This document shows, piece by piece, positions 18,728 to 27,880 of a stretch of 64,000 bases of DNA. The first letter of the stretch is position 1, and the number at the start of each line of letters is the position of its first letter. Position numbers and translations under genes: made by a program. The DNA is taken from IMG/VR virus record IMGVR_UViG_3300017978_000250, positions 1 through 64,000 of that record; one strand, given 5' to 3'. This stretch comes from a virus (Duplodnaviria > Heunggongvirae > Uroviricota > Caudoviricetes). A model generated the notes under the pieces. That model was not told the origin of the DNA, made no database searches, and saw only the letters and a program-made list of their open reading frames with translations.

Positions 18728-19161
18728 TTACGAATGTATTCGTAATTCACCGTATCAGTGTTTTCACGGAATACACAAGCACCGTTCTTCATGTGAAAAC
18801 GTCTTGCTAGTTCAGTCTTTGGGCTTAGTGTAACAAAACGATTGACTGTAGGGTGTAGTTGCGTGATTTCTTCCACTGCTCTTGTTAACAACTCTCTGCC
18901 AGCGCCTGGCTTGTAACTCCAGATAGTGTAGAACACTGCTGTTGTAGGCACTTCTGTGACTTTTTCTAAGTCTTGGACTGACTCAGGAACAAAGTCATGG
19001 AAACTAACGCACACCATTGCTGATGGTTTGTCTTCTTGTGCTAGTGCTACTACTGTTCTTCCGTTACTTACGCGGAACTCAGTAGGGATATCAGGACGAA
19101 CGGGGTCGTCTTTGATGAATTGTAATAATTGGTGTGTGGGATTGGTGATGATTGTCAACAT
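18724..19161 (-). CDS. hypothetical protein (possible acetyltransferase-like fold)
   Basis: 145-aa ORF; weak GNAT-like motif only. Confidence 0.4.
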   Translation of the reverse strand: MLTIITNPTHQLLQFIKDDPVRPDIPTEFRVSNGRTVVALAQEDKPSAMVCVSFHDFVPESVQDLEKVTEVPTTAVFYTIWSYKPGAGRELLTRAVEEITQLHPTVNRFVTLSPKTELARRFHMKNGACVFRENTDTVNYEYIRK

Positions 19162-19212
19162 GGCTCGCTACTTTAAAAATGTATTTATGCCAGGCTGCAA
19201 AAAAGTCGTATA

Positions 19213-20019
19213 TTATGCGTTGTAGATTTTCTTCAAACTCTGTTCAACTATACGCTGGCGTTCTTGTTTTGTCTTAGCACCTAACACAGTTATATTATAC
19301 AGCTTATCGTTAGACATTACAAGCATTGTGATACAAAAACCGGCTGCTCTGGTAAAACCTGTTTTGATTGTAACGATACCTTCACGACCAAAGAAGTTAC
19401 TCGTTGGATGTGCTGTAATCTTACGCTCACCTTCACGTGTAACCTTGTGTCTGTTCTTATATTTCTTAACAGTCTTTACACCTTCAGCGTTTGCATTGAC
19501 TTCTTTCTGAGTCTTTGCGGCAGATTGTACTTGCTTGAACTCGCTAACTGCTTTAGTCAACGCCACAACGTCACTGATACTTGAGTAGTTCATGGGGCTT
19601 AGACCAGTTGGCTCGACAAAGCCAGTATGAAACATCTTTAGTTCGTCAGCATGTTTGTTCATTTGGTAGACAAAGTAGTTCATGCCACCTGGATAGTTCT
19701 CACCTAAAGTAATCGCGGCAATGTTGTCGCTGGACACTAGAGCAAGGTCAATTAGTTCTCTACGTGTTAAACGCATCCCTTTTTGTAACTTGGTATTGGG
19801 GGTACGTTGACTACGTACAGTGAGCTTTTCGTCCAAGTCTTGGTCTGCTTTTAATACAGTATAGATAGTCATTAGTTTACTGATACTAGCAATGCTTTTC
19901 TCAGTGTCAGCTAGGGAACCGGTAATGACTTGATTATTAGTTACGTTGTAGACTACTGTTTCAGTCTTAGCAAAAGCCAAGAAAGGTAGTAGCGTCAACA
20001 ATAGAATAATTTTACGCAT
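19213..20019 (-). CDS. secreted D-alanyl-D-alanine carboxypeptidase (peptidase S11, PBP5-like)
   Basis: Signal peptide; SxxK (SISKL), SxN (SSDN) and KTG (KTGFT) motifs. Confidence 0.75.
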   Translation of the reverse strand: MRKIILLLTLLPFLAFAKTETVVYNVTNNQVITGSLADTEKSIASISKLMTIYTVLKADQDLDEKLTVRSQRTPNTKLQKGMRLTRRELIDLALVSSDNIAAITLGENYPGGMNYFVYQMNKHADELKMFHTGFVEPTGLSPMNYSSISDVVALTKAVSEFKQVQSAAKTQKEVNANAEGVKTVKKYKNRHKVTREGERKITAHPTSNFFGREGIVTIKTGFTRAAGFCITMLVMSNDKLYNITVLGAKTKQERQRIVEQSLKKIYNA

Positions 20020-20084
20020 CAGATATTTATTATATCTGAAACCAGCATCATTGTACAGAAGTATGGAAGTATAGCCAAAAAAAT

Positions 20085-20105
20085 AGACCCCGAAGGGTCT
20101 AAAAG
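20085..20105 (-). terminator. intrinsic terminator
   Basis: AGACCC-TTCG-GGGTCT followed by T7 on minus strand. Confidence 0.6.
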
Positions 20106-20110
20106 TTCTA

Positions 20111-20302
20111 TTATACTCGCTTAACCATATCAGTTAATCGGTCAATCTCGTTCGCAGCCTCTTCAAGTAAGTCAGCAATGCGGTCGGGCTTGCCTTCTTC
20201 CACTGACTTACGACCTTGAATCTGTCTGCGAATCTCTGCCCTCTTGCGAAGGCGAAAGACTAGACTTTGTTCAGAGACAGGCAAATGACTTTCATCAATC
20301 AT
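20111..20302 (-). CDS. hypothetical protein
   Basis: 63-aa ORF followed by terminator hairpin. Confidence 0.45.
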   Translation of the reverse strand: MIDESHLPVSEQSLVFRLRKRAEIRRQIQGRKSVEEGKPDRIADLLEEAANEIDRLTDMVKRV

Positions 20303-21240
20303 ACTGCCTCCACAAAGTTACGAACCCATGCTAAACGAGCTTGTTCATCCATAGCTGTGTATTCAACAATGTTTGCACGAATAGCGTCTACCAGTGGGTA
20401 GTATTCTTCGTCCAAGTTCTTCTTGATATCAGCTTGCATGTTTACTAACTTGTCAGTACGAGGGTTACGTGCTACCCACTTGCTAGTCAAGTAGTACGGA
20501 CTCTTGATTTTAGCACTACGACCGTCTTCTGTGTAGAATACGAAACCTTCATGCTTAACCTTCTTAGACATTGCTACAAGTTCGCCAACAGTAGTATGAA
20601 CTGCTTCCGCATATCCACACTTCAAATGGCTCATTGCATAGTCACGTGACCAATCTGCCATATCCTTGCCATACATCTTTACCTTAGAGTCCCAAGAGTT
20701 TTCGCGGCAACCTAAGAAGTACATACCAGCGTCTTCTGGGACAATATGTGGATCACTTGGATGCACACATTCAAACATCAAGGTCATACCTTCTGCCGAC
20801 TTTAGTTCCATTTGCCAGTCTGTCCAAGGCATGTGCTTCTGCATCATTTCCTTAGCGTACTCAACATAGTCGTTAGCAGTTGAACCAGTAGTTGACACCA
20901 GAACATCGTTGTTGTACCAAGTCATAGCAACCATAAAGCCGTTAACTTTGCGATATGCTGTAACCTTTACATCGTCGGACAATACAGGAGCCTTTGCTTC
21001 TATACCGTAGTTGTAAATCTTAGTGAATGGACGAGACACGATATTGAAATCTTTGTCCACAATAGTACCACGACATTCTTCTAAGTAGTCATTCCACAAG
21101 TTATCAAAGAAAACTGTCTTCTTATACTTCAACACAAAGATACCGTCGCCGGCACTACGCATTGAAACTAGTTTTGGGTTGTCTTCTACAAACTTCTTTA
21201 AGTCTTCCTTACGCATACAATATTTCCTTAAAGCCTTCAT
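20299..21240 (-). CDS. RNA ligase (Rnl1-like nucleotidyltransferase)
   Basis: 313 aa with KxNG-type lysine motif (YRKVNGFMV); adjacent to PNK kinase and phosphatase genes. Confidence 0.55.
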   Translation of the reverse strand: MKALRKYCMRKEDLKKFVEDNPKLVSMRSAGDGIFVLKYKKTVFFDNLWNDYLEECRGTIVDKDFNIVSRPFTKIYNYGIEAKAPVLSDDVKVTAYRKVNGFMVAMTWYNNDVLVSTTGSTANDYVEYAKEMMQKHMPWTDWQMELKSAEGMTLMFECVHPSDPHIVPEDAGMYFLGCRENSWDSKVKMYGKDMADWSRDYAMSHLKCGYAEAVHTTVGELVAMSKKVKHEGFVFYTEDGRSAKIKSPYYLTSKWVARNPRTDKLVNMQADIKKNLDEEYYPLVDAIRANIVEYTAMDEQARLAWVRNFVEAV

Positions 21241-21670
21241 CTAGTGTAGGCATTTGAAAACCACGAATCATTTGAACCATCACGTGTGATGGAATGTTCT
21301 TACCTGGACGTGATGCTAATCGTTCTTTCAACACAACCAATTCAGGTGTCTTGAACACAACAGCAACATGGTCATAGTCTGGCAACATGTTAAACTTCTT
21401 TCGGCGTGAGCCAATAGTAGTAGATGTTTGGTCCCAGATAATATCCTTACCAGCTTCGCGGGCTCGAACAACTTTTTCAGCCATCAACTTTACAGCAGTT
21501 GGCATGTAGTCGTCAAATACATCAGAGTAAGTGGAACCTACTTCCTTTGCATAGTCTTCTACAAATTCATCAGTGCTAACAACAACACAGTCCTTAGACC
21601 AGTCTTGCAACTTTATCCAAGTACTCTTGCCTGCTGCCGGTACACCGACTAATTGATAACACTTTGTCAT
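21209..21670 (-). CDS. polynucleotide 5'-kinase (P-loop, T4 Pnk kinase-domain-like)
   Basis: Walker A GVPAAGKST; 153 aa. Confidence 0.65.
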   Translation of the reverse strand: MTKCYQLVGVPAAGKSTWIKLQDWSKDCVVVSTDEFVEDYAKEVGSTYSDVFDDYMPTAVKLMAEKVVRAREAGKDIIWDQTSTTIGSRRKKFNMLPDYDHVAVVFKTPELVVLKERLASRPGKNIPSHVMVQMIRGFQMPTLDEGFKEILYA

Positions 21671-21680
21671 AACTTACTCC

Positions 21681-22226
21681 TTAGTGGTGAGACTTAATCT
21701 CACCTTTCAATGCGTCAGCAATCATATCGTCAAAGTTGCTTACAACTTTACCAGTAGCGTCAAACGCTACATCACGGGCACGATACTTTTCCAAGCCAGT
21801 CACTGCGCCATGAACGTGTCCATAGAAGTGAACTGCGCCTCGATGCATCTGGTCCCATTCCAAGATTGGAAAGTGAAACATACAAACGATTTGACCGTTG
21901 TGGTTGTAACGCAAGTACTTGTGAACCTCTTTGAAACATGCTCGGAAGCCTGCGTCATTCAAGTTCTTAACGTCATGGTTACCCTCAATCAAAATCTTTG
22001 TACCATTCAACCGTTGCATGATAGCAGTTGCCTTTTGTGCGTTGCAAAATGCAACGTCACCCAAGATAAAGACCTCGTCTTCGGGAGCAACTTTGCTGTT
22101 CCACTCACGAATCATCTTCTCATCCATATCCACTACATCAGTGAAGCCTGCCCGAGTTACTGGGCAAAACTTCATAATGTTTGCGTGACCGAAATGCAAG
22201 TCACTTGTAATCCATTTTGTCATCAT
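21681..22226 (-). CDS. calcineurin-like metallophosphoesterase (putative 2',3'/3'-phosphatase)
   Basis: DLHFGH ... GDV ... GNHD motifs of the MPP family. Confidence 0.75.
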   Translation of the reverse strand: MMTKWITSDLHFGHANIMKFCPVTRAGFTDVVDMDEKMIREWNSKVAPEDEVFILGDVAFCNAQKATAIMQRLNGTKILIEGNHDVKNLNDAGFRACFKEVHKYLRYNHNGQIVCMFHFPILEWDQMHRGAVHFYGHVHGAVTGLEKYRARDVAFDATGKVVSNFDDMIADALKGEIKSHH

Positions 22227-22423
22227 TATTCTCCTATGTACTCACGAACCCATTCAAACTCAGCTTCACTAGCTTTGATCCATTTGAATTGTTCGCGGCG
22301 TCTGTTTATTTTATCAAAATCTTGGCAGATAAAAATCCAACCCTTGTCTTGTGAGAACATGACGGTGTCTTGGACTTTGACAATCTGTACGATTTTGCCC
22401 TTCATCTTTGCTACAATCATCAT
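22226..22423 (-). CDS. hypothetical protein
   Basis: Start set at MMIVAK with GGGAGAG RBS so that promoter P11 lies upstream. Confidence 0.45.
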   Translation of the reverse strand: MMIVAKMKGKIVQIVKVQDTVMFSQDKGWIFICQDFDKINRRREQFKWIKASEAEFEWVREYIGE

Positions 22424-22447
22424 GCTTCTCTCCCAATCAATATATGT

Positions 22448-22476
22448 ATTATATACCCAAAACCATTTATTGTCAA
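22448..22476 (-). promoter_or_regulatory. sigma70 consensus-type promoter
   Basis: Minus TTGACAATAAATGGTTTTGGGTATATAAT. Confidence 0.65.
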
Positions 22477-22838
22477 CCTCTAGCGTTGCGCCACCAGACT
22501 GGTTGGTCACGGAAGCGTAGTTGAAGATACTCTTTTACTACTTCTGTTTTCATTTTTGAAAACCCTGTTTTCAGTAGAAAAAACAATTCGTCCTTCTCTG
22601 TTTCTACACCAACTTGATATACATCGCCGTCACTTATCCTGGCGTGACTGTTACAAACAAACTCAATCAATGTTCCAGTTTCTACTCTAAGTATCTCCGT
22701 TGGGGAACTAGAAATACTCCAATCGTATTTGTACCCAGAAGGTACCTCTACGTAGAAAATGTGCATTACACTCGCACACGCTTTGGTGCGCCGATACGAC
22801 TTGCTTTGTTCCAGTCGTAAGCAACGCCGTCTGGGCAC
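22473..22838 (-). CDS. hypothetical protein
   Basis: 121-aa ORF. Confidence 0.45.
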   Translation of the reverse strand: MPRRRCLRLEQSKSYRRTKACASVMHIFYVEVPSGYKYDWSISSSPTEILRVETGTLIEFVCNSHARISDGDVYQVGVETEKDELFFLLKTGFSKMKTEVVKEYLQLRFRDQPVWWRNARG

Positions 22839-22993
22839 TTGCCATCTTTAACTGAATCAACACCGAACATGCCCACGATTTCAAAGTCTGGTCCAGTGAT
22901 AGTCACAAACTCGTTCATCTTCTTTGCTAAGAACATAGCTTCGTCCAATGACAAAACTTCATATTCTACATTCTTGCCTGTTACCTTAAACAT
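22766..22993 (-). CDS. hypothetical protein
   Basis: 75-aa ORF, 3' overlap with next ORF. Confidence 0.4.
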   Translation of the reverse strand: MFKVTGKNVEYEVLSLDEAMFLAKKMNEFVTITGPDFEIVGMFGVDSVKDGKCPDGVAYDWNKASRIGAPKRVRV

Positions 22994-23330
22994 TATCTAT
23001 CCTTTTCAATTTGTACTGAATTTCCAATCTTTCATGTGCTGCTATAGCTTGTTCCTTAGTGACATACCTAGTGATAACATCACTATCACCATTAGCAAAG
23101 AACCAGCAACTTTCGTATGGAGCAGCTCTATACAACTCGCTGTCCAATTCAACTGTGCTTAGAGTCCTGTCAGCAGGATACATCCAAACATGGTCGTCAC
23201 TGACGATTTGCCAACGTTCTTTATGCATACTATTAAGTGTCACCAAGCTGTTCCTCAGGTCGCTTATTCGGGATGATGAGTCCAGATTCAAGTTCAATTC
23301 CATTAATTGTGTGAGGTTCGTTTTCGTCAT
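22986..23330 (-). CDS. hypothetical protein
   Basis: 114-aa ORF. Confidence 0.45.
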   Translation of the reverse strand: MTKTNLTQLMELNLNLDSSSRISDLRNSLVTLNSMHKERWQIVSDDHVWMYPADRTLSTVELDSELYRAAPYESCWFFANGDSDVITRYVTKEQAIAAHERLEIQYKLKRIDNV

Positions 23331-23736
23331 AAGTCCATCCTAAATGTTTCATCATCTTGTGCTTAACCAACAGATTAGGGCTACGGAAAATTTCAGTATC
23401 TTCAAAGCCCAGCATCACTCCAACTTCACAAACTGCACCACTGCGACAAACGCCAGCAACACAATGCACAATCACATTCATGCGTTGACCGTATGCCTTC
23501 AGCAACAAGTCAACCAATTGTTGAGCCTGTGCATCGGTGACTTTAAATTCCTCAGCACTTGGCATGTCGTCTTTTTCAAGGTCTAAGAATTCAAACTGGT
23601 GAACTTCTTTGAACTGATACTTGGGAGTAGGGAACTCCATACATGGGTCAACAATCTGGATGAGCATGGCATTCTCGCCCGGGTTGATGTGAAAACCTTT
23701 TTGAATGTCGCTCAATGCAACGTTTTGAATCCACAT
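23233..23736 (-). CDS. protein tyrosine / dual-specificity phosphatase
   Basis: VHCVAGVCRSGA = CX5R catalytic loop. Confidence 0.7.
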   Translation of the reverse strand: MWIQNVALSDIQKGFHINPGENAMLIQIVDPCMEFPTPKYQFKEVHQFEFLDLEKDDMPSAEEFKVTDAQAQQLVDLLLKAYGQRMNVIVHCVAGVCRSGAVCEVGVMLGFEDTEIFRSPNLLVKHKMMKHLGWTYDENEPHTINGIELESGLIIPNKRPEEQLGDT

Positions 23737-23738
23737 GT

Positions 23739-24194
23739 TTAATCCTCTCGAAACATTTTAATCATGGGTCCGTCAAGATAATCTCGTCCTGGATCCATGT
23801 CACTGTATACTGTCTTCTTACCAAACTTAGCATGTAGTTTTTCATACAATGCTTTTTCACTTGCCTCGTCAGCTAAAACTTTTGCAAGTTCTTTAGCCTT
23901 CTTAGCTTCCTTCTTCAAACGCTTTTTTTCTTCCTGTGCGTTGAATTCGTCAATACGTGCTTGGTATTCTTTGTCAGTTTCCCAACGATAGAAACAAGCA
24001 ACAACCTCAGTGCCACCGTCATAGCCTGCCCAATGAGTTTCGAACTCAACCATCAATTTTTCTTTAGTGGCTATTTCTTTAAACCGTGCATAGATTTTCT
24101 TAGAACCTTCAAGCATAGCGGGCAAGTCTTTGTTACTAAACATGTCATCAAGGTCAACATCTTGACGACGGACAAAAATTCGTTCTTTACTCAT
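23739..24194 (-). CDS. hypothetical protein
   Basis: 151-aa ORF with K/E-rich coiled-coil segment. Confidence 0.5.
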   Translation of the reverse strand: MSKERIFVRRQDVDLDDMFSNKDLPAMLEGSKKIYARFKEIATKEKLMVEFETHWAGYDGGTEVVACFYRWETDKEYQARIDEFNAQEEKKRLKKEAKKAKELAKVLADEASEKALYEKLHAKFGKKTVYSDMDPGRDYLDGPMIKMFRED

Positions 24195-24376
24195 TTTACT
24201 TCCTCCAATTTGTATTCAGGGATAACTCGCAAACTACCTTCAGTCTTGTCACCTTCTATCTCAGTGACCACACGTGACTCTCCTTGTCCAGGATGAGGAA
24301 CACAGGGACCTGCGTCATACCAGAATGTACCTGGCTTCATGTCAAAGTGTTGTTGAGTTAATTTAAATTTCATCAT
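24191..24376 (-). CDS. hypothetical protein
   Basis: 61-aa ORF directly downstream of tRNA at 24381. Confidence 0.4.
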   Translation of the reverse strand: MMKFKLTQQHFDMKPGTFWYDAGPCVPHPGQGESRVVTEIEGDKTEGSLRVIPEYKLEEVK

Positions 24377-24380
24377 TGTT

Positions 24381-24457
24381 TGGTGCCCTTGACAGGACTC
24401 GAACCTGCAGAACCTAGTCTCTCAAACTAGTGCCTATACCAATTCGGCTACAAGGGC
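24381..24457 (-). tRNA. tRNA, apparent anticodon GAG (Leu-type) but class I (short variable arm)
   Basis: Cloverleaf by eye: acceptor GCCCTTG/CAAGGGC, T-loop TTCGAGT, anticodon loop TTGAGAG, encoded CCA; directly downstream of promoter P12. Confidence 0.55.
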
Positions 24458-24475
24458 TTTTTCTTTCAATGATGT

Positions 24476-24504
24476 ATTATACAATGATTTGGGATTTATG
24501 TCAA
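24476..24504 (-). promoter_or_regulatory. sigma70 consensus-type promoter (TTGACA-17-TATAAT)
   Basis: Minus strand reads TTGACATAAATCCCAAATCATTGTATAAT. Confidence 0.7.
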
Positions 24505-25109
24505 GCGCAAAGGAAGCACCCTAGTTGCGCTGATAAAGACTTTTTATAGAATAGTAATATAAAGTATTAAAAATAAAGAACAAAAGACCTCAAGGGTAAT
24601 AATAATGCGAGATTTTCGTCTAGGGTGCTTATGTAAGTATACTGTCTTTTTCAAACACAGAGCCTGTCTTATCGGGCAGGGTGCGACATTATACTTACAT
24701 AAGTGTTCTATCACCTCTCACCACAAGAGTCATAGAACCGAGATGCCTACTCTGTCTACGTATTTATTTTATTCTGGCAGTTGTTAGCGTTCAACTTCCC
24801 TAGATTGTTTCCGTACTCTGAAATTGAGTCGTGTGGTCGAGTCCTAGTGTACCAGATAAGTGATAAGCCAACTTATCATTGGCCATTTGTTATCGTACAA
24901 ATGTAGACGGGGTTTGAGTTTGATATGTCACTAAATGCTCAATCCTGAGAAAGATTTTACGGCATGCCAGCATTTTTTATTGTGAACAGAAGGGGTCTCG
25001 GTTACTGTTTTTAAACTTCTTCATATCAAATTAGGGGTGAATGATTAGGCTGACTCCCAAGCGTCCTCGGGCTTTATTTAAAGTGACGCACACTCACCTA
25101 ATCAATCGT

Positions 25110-26528
25110 TTAAGCCAAGTCGTAACGAGGCTTCATTACGGTCTTCAACATGATTGCTTCTGGGGTGAAGTCATCCATGTTACCGCCCATGATACCACCA
25201 GCAACAGCAGGGCTGAAACCAGAGACTAGAGCAGTACCCTTCTTGTCAAAAGACACAGGGGTGTTACCGTAAGCGGCGTTCAAGTTCCAGAACACAACAT
25301 TAGGAACAGTGTAACCTGCATCCTTAAACTTGCGTTCAATCATTTCGATTGCTGATTCGTCACGGTCTACACCTTGGTCGAATTGCATATCTGAAAAGAT
25401 TACCAATGTTTCAGGCATTTCTGCTTGTGGAACATTGTTCTTAACTGCAACATCCAGGATCAATTCAAACGCCTTGTGCAAGTTAGTGTTAGCTACCTCG
25501 CCTGTGTTCATTTGGTCAATCTTTTGGTTGATGTTACCTGTTAGGTTCACCAACTTAGGACGGTTGCTGAAAGTCAAGAATGTATCCTTGAACTTACCAG
25601 TGTTCTTGTCAGCAAAGTACAAGCCCAAAGAGATTGCAACTTCCAAGCAGGTCAAGCCTGACTTAGAGTTGTAACCACCTGCTGGACAAGTCATTGAACC
25701 TGACGAGTCTACCATTGGCAACACGTTAGCGTCACCGATGTAGTTTGGCAATGCGTTCCATTGCGCTTCCACAACATCCAACTCAGTCTTAGACATAGAG
25801 TTGTAACGACCGATGCGACCCTTAAGGACATCGTACGGGAAGATTGCGGATGCGTTGATTTTAACGCCTGCTTCACCCTTCACCAACTTCGAAACGTATT
25901 CAGCGTATGTTTGACCATGACGACCGAATGCCTTCTTGTATCGTGCGTGAGCAACTGAAGGGACATGTGAGAAGTTGATAGAGTCCCAGTTGTTCGAACA
26001 CATTTGTGTTTCGACAACATTTGTCATACCAACTAGTGTCTTACGATATTGCTTTGGAGTCATACCGAAGAACTCGCGGATTTCACGTGCAAGGGTGCCC
26101 TTACGTGGAGTCCACTTCGCAGCCAAGCCATTGCCGGAACGCAAAGCGTCACCGAGAATGTTGAATGCTTCCCACTTTAGTTTAGGGTCGGTGAAAACGA
26201 ACAAGTCGTCAAATCGACCCACTTCTGGAATCTTCTTCATCAAACGCAAAGCGTCTTCAGGAGAAGTCTTTTCCAAGTGACGCAAAACTGAACGGAACAA
26301 TTCACGTTCACCTGAGCCACCACGAACGTCACGTGCCCATTGAGCAATACGCAACGCCAAATCGGAGTTTTCTACGAAGGCAGCAGTGAAAGCAGGGACA
26401 ATGTCCTTACCTCGGGATGCGCCAATGTTATAGAACAAATCAACGCAAGCGTTTGCGCTGGATGCTCGTGCCTTCATGCCATTGGCAGTGCGGGCTTCTT
26501 GGTTCTTAATCGCTTCTACGAACTTCAT
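25110..26528 (-). CDS. Ro60-like protein (helical TROVE-like N-terminal region plus vWA domain with MIDAS DxSxS)
   Basis: 472 aa; MIDAS motif MVDSSGSM; architecture helical domain plus vWA as in Ro60/Rsr orthologs; Y-RNA-like element in its 5' leader. Confidence 0.55.
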   Translation of the reverse strand: MKFVEAIKNQEARTANGMKARASSANACVDLFYNIGASRGKDIVPAFTAAFVENSDLALRIAQWARDVRGGSGERELFRSVLRHLEKTSPEDALRLMKKIPEVGRFDDLFVFTDPKLKWEAFNILGDALRSGNGLAAKWTPRKGTLAREIREFFGMTPKQYRKTLVGMTNVVETQMCSNNWDSINFSHVPSVAHARYKKAFGRHGQTYAEYVSKLVKGEAGVKINASAIFPYDVLKGRIGRYNSMSKTELDVVEAQWNALPNYIGDANVLPMVDSSGSMTCPAGGYNSKSGLTCLEVAISLGLYFADKNTGKFKDTFLTFSNRPKLVNLTGNINQKIDQMNTGEVANTNLHKAFELILDVAVKNNVPQAEMPETLVIFSDMQFDQGVDRDESAIEMIERKFKDAGYTVPNVVFWNLNAAYGNTPVSFDKKGTALVSGFSPAVAGGIMGGNMDDFTPEAIMLKTVMKPRYDLA

Positions 26529-26552
26529 AGTTTTTCCTTTCTGTGTGTATAT

Positions 26553-26618
26553 GAAGCAGGATACATTTTTTCTTTTATACCAAAAAGTTAAAAGTTGCTG
26601 TTAGTATCCTAAAATTTC
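26553..26618 (-). ncRNA. Y-RNA-like stem element (copy iv) in 5' leader of Ro60-like gene
   Basis: 5' UUUUAGGAUACUAACAGCAAC ... 3' GUAUCCUG; AGGAUAC pairs with GUAUCCU; lies between the Ro promoter and the ATG. Confidence 0.5.
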
Positions 26619-26636
26619 TTACTGTCTAAAGATGTT

Positions 26637-26665
26637 ATTATAACATCCTTTTGAAATACTGTCTG
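26637..26665 (-). promoter_or_regulatory. sigma70-like promoter for Ro60-like gene (CAGACA-17-TATAAT)
   Basis: Minus strand CAGACA then 17-nt spacer then TATAAT. Confidence 0.5.
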
Positions 26666-27116
26666 TACTTTTGGGTACATGACTGGATGGACGAGACGTA
26701 ATTTATTTTTAGGGTCACCCGTCGATATCTCATGACCTTAGCTAACACGTTCACTGTTAGACTGCATATCCCATGTTCTACGGGAGACTATCTTATATTC
26801 TACAAGCACTAGTTAGCCTACCTTGCGGATACTAACATGCGTTAATATTGTTACTTGCTGAAACCATCCAAATATAACAGGTTAGTTGTTGACTGCTTTT
26901 ATTTTACTCAGGCCATCACTCTGAGCTTGTTAGTCTATTTCAATAGCGACCTTCAACGATTCACAGATTTTAACCTGCTTCACTCCAGCCAACTACCATA
27001 GGGTCTAACGATTCATAGTTAATGAATATTGCTGCGCCTAACCTTATGAAACTCGATACAAGTATTATAGCACAAATTCTTTGTTCTACAATACATTTTG
27101 GGTAACTAAATACTGA

Positions 27117-27713
27117 ATGACTTTATACGAAGAACTAGGCTTACAGCCAGACTGCACAATGGACCAGATTAAACTAAAGTATAGAATACTTGCTGGTGTC
27201 CATCATCCAGATAAGGGTGGCGATGAAGAACGATTCAAACGTATAAAGTTTGCTTATGAAGTTCTCAGTGATCCTGCACGCCGTAGACAATACGATGAAG
27301 ACAAGACTACCGATGAACCAACAGATAAACACAAAGAGGCTATTTCAAATCTAGCCGAAGTGTTCTTTGCAATCATTCCCAACTTTGATTGTCTCGGTGG
27401 CAACTTAATAGAAGCCATGAAGAACGAAATCAACAAAGTTAAAGCCATTGCTTTAAAAAACTTAGTTGAGAATGATATGTATATTTCTAATTTGGAAGTT
27501 GTCAAAAGTAAATTGAAGATGAAGAATCCTGAAAAGGAAAACATCATACTAGCATTTATTGAAACTCAATTAGAAACACGGTTAAGAGATAAAATTATCT
27601 ATGAAAAGAGAATTTCTATATCTGACTTGATGTTGTCAATACTTGATGACTATCAGTATGGATTCCTTGAGTTATTCAATGAAGTTCCAACTGACATTGT
27701 TGGCGGAAACTGA
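27117..27713 (+). CDS. J-domain (DnaJ-like) protein
   Basis: YEELGL...YRILAGVHHPDKGG...FKRIKFAYEVLSD: J domain with HPD motif; 3' end overlaps tRNA-Ser on the opposite strand. Confidence 0.7.
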   Translation: MTLYEELGLQPDCTMDQIKLKYRILAGVHHPDKGGDEERFKRIKFAYEVLSDPARRRQYDEDKTTDEPTDKHKEAISNLAEVFFAIIPNFDCLGGNLIEAMKNEINKVKAIALKNLVENDMYISNLEVVKSKLKMKNPEKENIILAFIETQLETRLRDKIIYEKRISISDLMLSILDDYQYGFLELFNEVPTDIVGGN

Positions 27714-27790
27714 GAGATTCGAACTCTCGGAACACGTTAATGTTCGACGGTTTTCAAGACCGTTGCGTTAAACCACTCTGCCAAGTTTCC
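27701..27790 (-). tRNA. tRNA-Ser(UGA)
   Basis: Acceptor GGAAACU/AGUUUCC, anticodon loop CTTGAAA, long variable arm, TTCGAAT T-loop, encoded CCA. Confidence 0.75.
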
Positions 27791-27795
27791 ATTAT

Positions 27796-27871
27796 TGGTG
27801 GAGGTGACAGGGATCGAACCCGCTACCTATTGCTTGCAAAGCAACCGCTCTCCCAGATGAGCTACACCCCC
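27796..27871 (-). tRNA. tRNA-Ala(UGC)
   Basis: Anticodon loop TTTGCAA; G3:U70 pair in acceptor stem; encoded CCA. Confidence 0.7.
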
Positions 27872-27880
27872 CATTATTTC

